Part shown: positions 8,842 to 15,953 of the stretch, piece by piece
Numbering within the stretch: position 1 is the first letter of the stretch
How the letters are laid out: each line of letters starts with the position of its first letter
From: a virus
Lineage: Duplodnaviria; Caudoviricetes
Reading direction: 5' to 3' (one strand)
IMG/VR virus record: IMGVR_UViG_3300037756_000059
Coordinates: 1 to 52,795 of that record
Length of the DNA stretch: 52,795 nucleotides
Notes under the pieces: generated by a model
Database searches by the model: none
What the model saw: only the letters and a program-made list of their open reading frames with translations
Told to the model about the DNA's origin: nothing
Made by a program: the position numbers and the translations under genes

Positions 8842-9639
8842 TCAGACGAGGGCCGGTATCCGGCCCTCGTGGCCATTACTCGTCGCCGCTGGTGATTGCG
8901 ACTCGGTCTCGCGCAGGTACTGCAGCGCCTTCGACACCGTCGTCTTGGACACGTTGAACCGTGACGCGAGTACCGCTTGACTCTCGCTCAACGATTCGCC
9001 GGACAGTCTCGAGGCCAGCGCGATGTGCGCGGGCTGCTGCGAGGCCTTCCGCGTACCCGAGTTCGTCCGACCGGCGCCGGTACTGCGAGTCGAGCCCGTA
9101 CGCGGCTTGGTATCGGACGCTGCGGGCGTGGCGGTCAACGTGCCTGCAGCGGCGGCACTGTCGCCACGCGTCTTCGATGTAGCCGTGGTACTCGTGGCCG
9201 CCGGATAGGGCACAGACGAGTCGAGCGATTCTGCGAGCCATGACGCTTTCCCTTTCGGTACTGTGAGGTGAACGCAGATCCCGAGCGCGTAGGCCGGTAC
9301 GGCGCCGACTACCATGGTCGCCACGCCCAGGGGTTCCAGCAGCGGCGCCAGGTCCCAGCCGTTCTGCAGGTAGCCCGAGCCGAACGCGTGACCCATGATG
9401 TTGCCGAATGCGGAGAGTTGAATGGCGCCTAGCGCGATCCATCCGGCGCGCTTGCGGCCCAGCCGATGGTAGCGCAGTGACATGATGGCCAGCGCGTCGA
9501 CGCACAGGGGCAGCAGCGGCGCCACGGCCGGAGGCCAGCCGGTGACGAGCGCGAGCTGCGTCAAGAAGATGAAAGACGCCACGAGTGCCGCGAGGAGCGG
9601 CACTGCCAGGATGGCGCGGTCCAGGTTGCCGAGGCGCAT
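8842..9639 (-). CDS. DUF2637/Spd-like multi-pass membrane protein with C-terminal HTH
   Basis: About 4 TM segments with SF..L..LA...GW...A.LLPL.VD, S..GN..H and VP motifs; S/T/A linker; HTH-like SQAVLASRFNVSKTTVSKAL. Confidence 0.75.
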   Translation of the reverse strand: MRLGNLDRAILAVPLLAALVASFIFLTQLALVTGWPPAVAPLLPLCVDALAIMSLRYHRLGRKRAGWIALGAIQLSAFGNIMGHAFGSGYLQNGWDLAPLLEPLGVATMVVGAVPAYALGICVHLTVPKGKASWLAESLDSSVPYPAATSTTATSKTRGDSAAAAGTLTATPAASDTKPRTGSTRSTGAGRTNSGTRKASQQPAHIALASRLSGESLSESQAVLASRFNVSKTTVSKALQYLRETESQSPAATSNGHEGRIPALV

Positions 9640-9651
9640 AGCCTGCCCTTT

Positions 9652-9678
9652 CGGATGCTGCGGATGCTGCGGATGCTG
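9652..9678 (-). repeat. 3 x 9-bp tandem repeat (CAGCATCCG on minus strand); a further copy at 8825-8833
   Basis: cggatgctg x3 read directly. Confidence 0.85.
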
Positions 9679-9958
9679 GTTCCCTGCCGCCGGGCATCCG
9701 TTCCGGCGGCAGGGAGGTGTGGTGTCCGGGGACGTTGTCGCCGAACAGGGAGGAGCGGCGGCGCGGGCAGGGGCCCGCGCGCGCTCCGCGCGAAAAAATG
9801 GTGCCGGCGCCTGCAAAGCACTCTCGGTCCGCGTCTTCTAGGAGCGCGGCGACCCCCAGGGAGCCGCTGTCGAGTCTCGCGGCTTGCCGAGTGCTCTTTG
9901 AGACGCACCGCTTCTAAGTAAGAGGGTGCAACGAGCAATTCTGTTTCGCTTCCAGGCA

Positions 9959-9974
9959 TGTGATGTGCATCACA
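9959..9974. promoter_or_regulatory. CRP/GlxR-type binding site
   Basis: TGTGA-TGTGCA-TCACA, perfect TGTGA-N6-TCACA, in the divergent intergenic region. Confidence 0.6.
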
Positions 9975-10431
9975 CAAGGCCTGACCTGCAATGATGTCCA
10001 AGATTCCCGGTGTCCAGCGCATTCCCGGAGAGGGAGTATTGTCTCTCCGCCGCCGGGATTAAGCATGCCGGGGTCAAGATCACCGAGCAATGCACCTCCG
10101 GGCAGGCCATACCTCACAGGGGTAGGGCATGGTACCCCACGGGGGCATGGTGCTGGGCACTCGAGGCCGGCATACCCTGGGAGGGTATGCCTATTCGGCA
10201 GGCTATGCGCTCAATGCGCCACGCCGGGCCCTGTTCTTGGCTCAATGCGGCAGGGTTGCGGGAATCTGGGCACGCAGGGCCCTTGACTGTGTGCCCCGCT
10301 GCCCCGCCTGCCATGCACGCACGGCACTCGCCGAGCGCACGGACGCTGCTGCAGCGCACGGCTTGCGCCGCTCCCGCTGCCTGCCGAACAGGCGGCGCCG
10401 TTGATCCTTTGTCTCACATGCCGGACAGGCC

Positions 10432-10459
10432 TTGACTCTGGCCCGGATCGGAGTAGTGT
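10432..10459 (+). promoter_or_regulatory. Candidate housekeeping-sigma early promoter
   Basis: TTGACT-N16-TAGTGT upstream of the first rightward gene. Confidence 0.5.
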
Positions 10460-10665
10460 GGTCAGTAGCTAGACAACTCCACAGAGGCCAGGACACACCG
10501 ACCTCGGTAAGTTTTCGATCATCGGCACAGAGTCGAAGCGCACGCCTCCGCCCACGCGGAGAGGCAGCAGTTGAAAGGTCGGGTACTGGCGCCAGGATCT
10601 CAGGGCACGCGATGGACGCCTGCAAGGGCAGGCGCCTTTCGTGGCAGTGAGAGAGGACACAGACC

Positions 10666-10854
10666 ATGGACATGTGGACAATCACGCAGGACGGCAGGCG
10701 CCTGACTATCAAGTGCAACGACTTGGCGGTCGATGTCGTGGAAACGACCGTGCAGGACGCCGTGACCGTGGCATGGGCACACGCTCACCACCGCGCAGGA
10801 TGGACGGGGCGAGCCGCCGTCCTCCATGTGGACCCCAACCTTCGTAACATCTGA
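10666..10854 (+). CDS. Hypothetical early protein
   Basis: 62 aa, GAGAGGA SD. Confidence 0.7.
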   Translation: MDMWTITQDGRRLTIKCNDLAVDVVETTVQDAVTVAWAHAHHRAGWTGRAAVLHVDPNLRNI

Positions 10855-10869
10855 GAGAGGAACGGAACC

Positions 10870-11211
10870 ATGGACGATTACACGAGCAAGCTGGCCAGCA
10901 TTGAGCGCGACGCGCAAGGCACGGCCGACGCCGTGCGCCGCGAGCACGAGCGCAAGGCCAGAGTCAAGGCCCTGGCGGTCGGGACGACCGTGTACGTCAA
11001 GCCATTCGACATGTTCGGCGAGGTGCTCGCCACAGACGGCTACGCCGTTCAGGTCGCCACGCCGGACGGCTCGCGCCGTTTCTGGCGCATTGTGGACCTC
11101 GAGTCGGTCGGGCCCGTGGTGCCGAGTCATGACGCGGCCCACCATGAGCGTTTGGAGCGCGAGACGGGCAGAGAGTGCCCGGACTGCGTACCGTGGTCTA
11201 ACCCCAATTGA
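10870..11211 (+). CDS. Hypothetical early protein
   Basis: 113 aa, GAGAGGA SD. Confidence 0.75.
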   Translation: MDDYTSKLASIERDAQGTADAVRREHERKARVKALAVGTTVYVKPFDMFGEVLATDGYAVQVATPDGSRRFWRIVDLESVGPVVPSHDAAHHERLERETGRECPDCVPWSNPN

Positions 11212-11265
11212 GCACTCATGGTGCGAGCCGGGCCCGTGGGCCCGGCTCGTGCCACGCTTGCTTAA
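11208..11265 (+). other. Intergenic two-stem hairpin (family member, divergent sequence)
   Basis: TTGAGCA/TGCTTAA lower stem, internal loop, 16-bp upper stem with G-U pairs; 58 nt. Confidence 0.7.
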
Positions 11266-11294
11266 GATGAGCACGCGAGAGAGGACAAGAGACC

Positions 11295-11906
11295 ATGAGC
11301 GAGTACGAGCACAACCGCGTGCCCTTCCCCGAGTACGCGTGGGCACTGTCGCGGGCGTGGGACACGCGTCCCGAGGTATCGGCAAGCGTCACGGACTATC
11401 GCGACGCGGCCATGATCTACGACGGCGCGGCATACCTCGCCGCAGACCGTCAATCAGGATTCTTAATCAGTGGCACTGGTGAGCTTGCCGGCGTGTTCTC
11501 CACGATGCGCGGTCGCGGTGATTCCATCATGCGGGACGCGCTGCACTACGGTGCGACGCACCTAGATTGTTTCGACGGTTACCTGCCGACGTTCTACGCG
11601 CGGCACGGCTTCCGCGAGACGCGACGCGTACCGAACTGGGCACCCAGCGGTCCCGACGTTGTCTACATGGCACTGTCGACGGACCGCGTAGACCCTGCCG
11701 TGCACCCTGACTCCCCGGAGGCGTGGGCGAAAGCACTTGCCGACCTCGCGGAGGCGGCGGACACGGGCCCGTCGGACTTCGAGGACTCCGCTACGATCAA
11801 GGCTACGGCGATCCGCGCGGCCCTGGAAGCCGAACTAGACGCGGCCCTAGAAGAGGGTGACGGTCTGATCGACGCGATCATGTCAGTGATCGAGAGAGTT
11901 ATCTGA
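11295..11906 (+). CDS. GNAT-like acetyltransferase-fold protein with acidic C-terminal extension
   Basis: ELAGVFS..RGRG, LDCFDGYLPTFYARHGF.E..R..NW...GPDVVYM. Confidence 0.6.
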   Translation: MSEYEHNRVPFPEYAWALSRAWDTRPEVSASVTDYRDAAMIYDGAAYLAADRQSGFLISGTGELAGVFSTMRGRGDSIMRDALHYGATHLDCFDGYLPTFYARHGFRETRRVPNWAPSGPDVVYMALSTDRVDPAVHPDSPEAWAKALADLAEAADTGPSDFEDSATIKATAIRAALEAELDAALEEGDGLIDAIMSVIERVI

Positions 11907-11964
11907 GTGTCGCAGTGTGGCGGTCGGCAGGATTGCCGACCGCTGCGCTGGTCAACTCAGGCCA
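11903..11964 (+). repeat. 62-bp dispersed hairpin repeat, copy 1
   Basis: CTGAGTGTCGCAGTGTGGCGGTCGGCAGGATTGCCGACCGCTGCGCTGGTCAACTCAGGCCA, identical at 12411 and 14256. Confidence 0.95.
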
Positions 11965-11985
11965 GCCGAGAGAGGAGAAACGATC

Positions 11986-12177
11986 ATGTACGTTCACACC
12001 ATACGCCCGCGAGACGTGGGCCAGACCGTCGTGCGCAGTATCGTCACGCGTGGCACGTTGTACGTGGGCGACGCCATAGGCACCGTCCAGCAGCGTGACG
12101 TTGGGAAACGCTGCTACCTGGTCGACGGCGTGCTGCAGGTCGAGAATGACGAGCAACTCGCCGCGCGTCAACACTGA
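11986..12177 (+). CDS. Hypothetical early protein
   Basis: ATG within GAGGAGAAACGATCATG; MYVHTIRPRD. Confidence 0.75.
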   Translation: MYVHTIRPRDVGQTVVRSIVTRGTLYVGDAIGTVQQRDVGKRCYLVDGVLQVENDEQLAARQH

Positions 12178-12188
12178 GGAGCAAGATC

Positions 12189-12401
12189 ATGCGAAAGAGC
12201 ACCGTCGATCGGTTTACGGTCGTACACGCCATCGAAAGGCGTCACGGGACACGCTATCATGTGCGCTGCGTGGTTTGCCGGCAATTCCTCTATAAGCGCG
12301 CGATCAGCCAAGAGTCGCTAGCACGCCTAGACGCGGAACTGCACGTGAGACTGTTTCATGCTGCGGAGTCTGCGGCGATTGAGTCCCTAGACGAGGATTG
12401 A
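12189..12401 (+). CDS. Hypothetical protein, possible Zn-binding (CxxC, HxxxxH)
   Basis: 70 aa, GAGGAG SD. Confidence 0.7.
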   Translation: MRKSTVDRFTVVHAIERRHGTRYHVRCVVCRQFLYKRAISQESLARLDAELHVRLFHAAESAAIESLDED

Positions 12402-12410
12402 GCCCGGTCA

Positions 12411-12472
12411 CTGAGTGTCGCAGTGTGGCGGTCGGCAGGATTGCCGACCGCTGCGCTGGTCAACTCAGGCCA
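12411..12472 (+). repeat. 62-bp dispersed hairpin repeat, copy 2
   Basis: Identical to 11903-11964. Confidence 0.95.
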
Positions 12473-12492
12473 GCCGAGAGAGAGGAACGATC

Positions 12493-12762
12493 ATGTACGT
12501 CAACACCGGAGCGAAGATCAATGGGCAGCGCGTGCGCACAAAGAAAGAGCTGCGCGAGGCACTCGCCGTCGATCCCGAGAGCGTCACGTTCGACGTGACC
12601 TCACTGCACACCGAGCTGGCAGGTCGCACCCTGGCAGCCGTCGACGTGCTCGCCGAGCCGCGCTGGGTCTTGCTGGTCGTGGGCCCGGACCCCTACACTC
12701 GGCGCGGCTGGTACGCGAGCGTAGCGGCCGCGCGTGCACGTGACCGCTTGACGGTCAGGTGA
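12493..12762 (+). CDS. Hypothetical early protein
   Basis: ATG after GAGGAACGATC; MYVNTGAKING...VVGPDPYTRRGWYA. Confidence 0.75.
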   Translation: MYVNTGAKINGQRVRTKKELREALAVDPESVTFDVTSLHTELAGRTLAAVDVLAEPRWVLLVVGPDPYTRRGWYASVAAARARDRLTVR

Positions 12763-13067
12763 CGGAGAGGAGCAAGGCCGTGACATACGAAGAGGACGGC
12801 GCCGCCCCACGGTGCCCGCGATGCGACGATCTACTGCCAGATCCGCGAGAGGTGTGCTGCGTGACTGCTCCGCACCCATCCACACAGAGCAGCGCGATCA
12901 AGGATCTGACGCTGCCCGGACCGAGGGACTGGGCACGGGTCGAACGCGTGGAGCGCGAGCAAGACCCCCGCCTTATCCGAGTCGTCAAGATCGCCACGTC
13001 CACCGTGGCCGGGGAGGACGACGTGACCTACACCTACCGCACGGTGCGGCGCATTCCGCCGTGTTGA
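12759..13067 (+). CDS. Hypothetical protein
   Basis: GTGA overlap with previous gene, 102 aa. Confidence 0.6.
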   Translation: MTERSKAVTYEEDGAAPRCPRCDDLLPDPREVCCVTAPHPSTQSSAIKDLTLPGPRDWARVERVEREQDPRLIRVVKIATSTVAGEDDVTYTYRTVRRIPPC

Positions 13068-13079
13068 CCGAAGGGAAAC

Positions 13080-13138
13080 CTGAGTGATTATGGTGGCGTC
13101 CAGCCTTGACGGGCTGGGCACCGCCATGTTCTACTCAG
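13080..13138 (+). other. Intergenic two-stem hairpin (family member, divergent upper stem)
   Basis: Same CTGAGT/ACTCAG closing stem as the repeat but a different upper stem; 59 nt. Confidence 0.75.
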
Positions 13139-13175
13139 TAGAACACGAAGTGACGCGACGAGAGGAGAAATGATC

Positions 13176-13757
13176 ATGCGTCCACTAACCCGGAATATCG
13201 TACGCACGTACTTGCGTGCTACGCCCGAACAGCACGCCCAGGGCGTGGCATGGTACCAGAATGCGCACGAGCTTGCGTGCGAGCTGGAAGACGTTTGGGC
13301 CAGCACGCCGGGCCCCGTTGAGCGCGGCGCAGGTGTCATTGCCGCACTCTCGCCCACGATTCAATGGGAACGGAATGCCGCACTCGCTCGCAAGGCGTAC
13401 CTTGCCGGCGTGGCGAGCGGAACCTACTCCGCAAACACGCGCAAGGCCACGGCCATTCTGCAGGGTGCCGACCCCGTCGACGTTCTGCGCGGCCCCAAGG
13501 TCACCGCATTCTACGCGGGCATCATCGCCCCCGAGGGCACCGACGTTGTGTGCGTGGACCGCCACGCGCATGATGTCGCCGTGGGCCGACGCTGCACCGA
13601 CGAGGAGCGCGGCGCGCTCACTTCCAAGCGCGGCTACGCCACCTTCGTGCGCGCCTACCGGCGCGCCGCCGATCAGCTCGGAATGCCCGCAAACCACTTG
13701 CAGGCCATCACTTGGCTCGTGTGGCGCGACGAGTACCGTTGGACGCGTGCATCATGA
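13176..13757 (+). CDS. Conserved phage protein, probable HhH/DNA-glycosylase-like fold
   Basis: G.AWY..AH, GVIAALSP...W..N, GPKV..FY, VCVDRHA, LQAITW..WR. Confidence 0.6.
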   Translation: MRPLTRNIVRTYLRATPEQHAQGVAWYQNAHELACELEDVWASTPGPVERGAGVIAALSPTIQWERNAALARKAYLAGVASGTYSANTRKATAILQGADPVDVLRGPKVTAFYAGIIAPEGTDVVCVDRHAHDVAVGRRCTDEERGALTSKRGYATFVRAYRRAADQLGMPANHLQAITWLVWRDEYRWTRAS

Positions 13758-13966
13758 TCCGCGTCTATCGCGTACGGTACGCAGGCGAAACGCGCGTTGA
13801 TCATCTGCTGGAACTAGACGACGCACGCGCACGTGCGCGTGCCGAGCGACGCGCGCAAGGACGGCGCCTCGTGCACCTGTCAGAGATGATCATGGTGCAC
13901 GATGCACTCCACTACCGACAGATTCTAGACCATCCCGGAGAGGGGGAACGATCATGCTTTACATGA
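13754..13966 (+). CDS. Hypothetical protein
   Basis: ATGA overlap with previous gene. Confidence 0.55.
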   Translation: MIRVYRVRYAGETRVDHLLELDDARARARAERRAQGRRLVHLSEMIMVHDALHYRQILDHPGEGERSCFT

Positions 13967-14259
13967 ACGACTACGACCTGGCGTACGCTGCGCGCCGCTT
14001 CGGACGCGGCTGGTCCAGCAACACGCCCAATCGCGCGGCGCTGGTCGCGCACGTCGACGCGCTGCGTCGTTGGGCCGACGACAATAGCGACGGCTGGGCC
14101 TACTGGCCCAAGCCGGCGCGCGCGGCACGCCGTGCAATGGAGTTGATCCAGAGCACGACCAATGCAGCGAACTACGCGCAAGAGCGCGAGGACATCACAG
14201 ATCGCGAGTTCCGCGAGGCCTTGCGTCCAATCAAGGCGTTCTACAAGCGCCACGGCTGA
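13954..14259 (+). CDS. Hypothetical early protein
   Basis: 101 aa, start-associated motif upstream; stop codon lies in repeat copy 3. Confidence 0.8.
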   Translation: MLYMNDYDLAYAARRFGRGWSSNTPNRAALVAHVDALRRWADDNSDGWAYWPKPARAARRAMELIQSTTNAANYAQEREDITDREFREALRPIKAFYKRHG

Positions 14260-14317
14260 GTGTCGCAGTGTGGCGGTCGGCAGGATTGCCGACCGCTGCG
14301 CTGGTCAACTCAGGCCA
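14256..14317 (+). repeat. 62-bp dispersed hairpin repeat, copy 3
   Basis: Identical to 11903-11964. Confidence 0.95.
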
Positions 14318-14343
14318 AGCCCGAGAGGAGAGGGAAAGTGACC

Positions 14344-14523
14344 ATGACCGTGTATCGCTCGCCGAGCGGACGCCTGCACCTAACTACATTCTGTGGCGCT
14401 TCGGGCCCACGCTCGAAAATGCGGCGAGTCAAGATCACCGAACAGCAATTTGCTGAGGCTAACCGCTGTCGATGTCTGTCGAATTACCACGACGACTCGT
14501 GGCGGAAGCACATTCCACGATGA
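14344..14523 (+). CDS. Hypothetical protein
   Basis: 59 aa after GAGGAGAGG SD. Confidence 0.65.
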   Translation: MTVYRSPSGRLHLTTFCGASGPRSKMRRVKITEQQFAEANRCRCLSNYHDDSWRKHIPR

Positions 14524-14545
14524 CACCTAGAAGGAGGAAACGATC

Positions 14546-14716
14546 ATGAAGTGTGCCATGATCACGGACGAGAGACTTGATCTTGAGTTTGCGTACGTGA
14601 CCTACGACGACTCGTGCAGGGACCTTTACGGGCCCTGGCATTTGTGCCGCAGACCACGAGGCCACGACGGCGAACACGCCGCAGGCTACGGCACCAACCG
14701 CGTTCGCTGGAGTTGA
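14546..14716 (+). CDS. Hypothetical Cys/His protein (not in ORF track)
   Basis: GGAGGAAACGATCATG start; MKCAMITDERL..C..HLC...GHDGEH, 56 aa. Confidence 0.7.
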   Translation: MKCAMITDERLDLEFAYVTYDDSCRDLYGPWHLCRRPRGHDGEHAAGYGTNRVRWS

Positions 14717-14718
14717 TC

Positions 14719-14964
14719 ATGAGCCCCTTCGACGCTACGCACGTGCAGGCGCTGCAACTGCACAATGACGTGTTGCGCCAACTCAGCGGGGACCTGGAGG
14801 AGCAGGTTGCGATACTCCGCGAGGTGGCGATGCACCTCACCGAGACGGCAAACCGCTGGGCACCAGTCGCCGAGCAACGAGCACAAGCGCGCGGTCACGT
14901 GCCAGGCGCGTCCGTGGTCGCCCACGCGGCCCGTCGCCGCTTCGAGGAGGAGCGGCTAGTCTGA
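14719..14964 (+). CDS. Hypothetical protein
   Basis: ATG 2 nt after previous stop. Confidence 0.6.
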   Translation: MSPFDATHVQALQLHNDVLRQLSGDLEEQVAILREVAMHLTETANRWAPVAEQRAQARGHVPGASVVAHAARRRFEEERLV

Positions 14965-14971
14965 CCAAGAT

Positions 14972-15033
14972 CCTTACGTAACGCATGGCGCACGGGGACC
15001 TCCTCTCCCCCGTGCGCCGTGTGAGTCGTAGGG
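14972..15033 (+). other. Intergenic two-stem hairpin (family member)
   Basis: CCTTACG/CGTAGGG lower stem, 3x3 internal loop, 16-bp upper stem with G-U pairs. Confidence 0.7.
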
Positions 15034-15037
15034 CTCA

Positions 15038-15046
15038 TGCTACAAT
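15038..15046 (+). promoter_or_regulatory. Candidate extended -10 promoter
   Basis: TG-C-TACAAT. Confidence 0.45.
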
Positions 15047-15082
15047 GGGTAGCGAACGACTCGACCGAGAGGAGCACCCACC

Positions 15083-15349
15083 ATGTACAGCACGATTTCC
15101 CAGATCCAGCGCCGGCACGAGGGCCACTGGTTCAGCGCCGACACGATGCGCTTCTTCGGAAGCAAGATCGAGAGCGGCGTGATCAATGGCCGCTACTTCG
15201 TCTCGTCCGAGGACAACTTCGACCGCACCGCGCGATTCTACTCGGTGCGCGTCGCAGACGACGAGGGCGAGATTGGCACGTGGGGCGAGTTTCAGGCCTA
15301 CGAGACGCTGGCCGAAGCCCGCGCCGCCGCAGAGGCGGCGCCGGCATGA
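15083..15349 (+). CDS. Conserved small phage protein
   Basis: 88 aa; HWFS.DTMRFFGS...YFVSSE..R.YSVR; GAGAGGAG SD. Confidence 0.8.
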   Translation: MYSTISQIQRRHEGHWFSADTMRFFGSKIESGVINGRYFVSSEDNFDRTARFYSVRVADDEGEIGTWGEFQAYETLAEARAAAEAAPA

Positions 15350-15612
15350 CACCGGAGCAGGCCAGTGCTGCCGCCACGGTGGCACTGGCCTCCGACCTAG
15401 AGATGATCTTGCGCCACCGGGCCGACGCGGCCGGGCGCGTGGGGGTCAACGAGATTCTGCGCGTCCTCGACGAGTACCGCGAGGCCGCCGCACCCGAACT
15501 GGAGGCACTTGTGAGGGACGACAACGCGAGCCCGGACCTGATCCTCGGGATTCCGGCCGACGAACTGGGAGGCTGGCTCTGGGAAGAGTGGCCCGAGCTG
15601 GAGGCACCATGA
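15346..15612 (+). CDS. Hypothetical protein
   Basis: ATGA coupling. Confidence 0.7.
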   Translation: MTPEQASAAATVALASDLEMILRHRADAAGRVGVNEILRVLDEYREAAAPELEALVRDDNASPDLILGIPADELGGWLWEEWPELEAP

Positions 15613-15812
15613 ACACTTCGACAGCCCTGCACCTGCAGCCCGGCGACACGATCACCGCAAAACAGGGCGCGCCCTCCGCGCGCCACTACGCGGTGATCAA
15701 GATCCAGGGCGGACCCAACACGCCGAGCGTGGACATCTTCGTTCAGGATCCTGACCAGCTCGCCGCCATCGCGACCGCGTGCGACCGGGCCCTTGTGGAA
15801 TGGCCCAAGTAG
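15609..15812 (+). CDS. Hypothetical protein
   Basis: ATGA coupling, GGAGG SD. Confidence 0.7.
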   Translation: MNTSTALHLQPGDTITAKQGAPSARHYAVIKIQGGPNTPSVDIFVQDPDQLAAIATACDRALVEWPK

Positions 15813-15882
15813 GAGTAGTATTCAGACATGGCACCGCGCGAGTTGGGCAAGGCAACCGAGCCCCCGCCGCGCGGTGCCCCAA

Positions 15883-15953
15883 GGGGGCGAACGGCAAGCG
15901 GTGCAGCGCCACGACGGGCTCGCCGAACCTGGGTTCGATTCCCAGCGCCTCCA
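15883..15953 (+). ncRNA. tRNA/tmRNA-like small RNA (acceptor stem with G3-U70, canonical T arm, no canonical anticodon arm)
   Basis: GGGGGCG...CTGGG-TTCGATT-CCCAG-CGCCTCC-A in an intergenic gap. Confidence 0.6.

Noticed and set aside
10605-10645. Seventh member of the early hairpin family
   Set aside because: Only a 7-bp core (CGCCTGC/GCAGGCG) pairs cleanly; the two-stem architecture is not convincing
9640-10660. Protein-coding ORFs in the central region
   Set aside because: Short overlapping ORFs on both strands with no clear SD or motifs; the region reads as regulatory
11903-14317. CRISPR array from the three identical palindromic repeats
   Set aside because: Repeats are 62 bp and separated by 0.45-1.8 kb of intact genes; no cas operon
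11907-14523. ORF-track proteins beginning MSQCGGRQDCR, MAVGRIADRC or MWRSAGLPT as a paralogous family
   Set aside because: They are translations of the non-coding repeat; the real starts lie downstream of the SD motifs
15883-15953. Canonical tRNA-Ala or full tmRNA
   Set aside because: No proper D stem or anticodon arm, and far too short for a tag reading frame; kept only as a tRNA-like RNA
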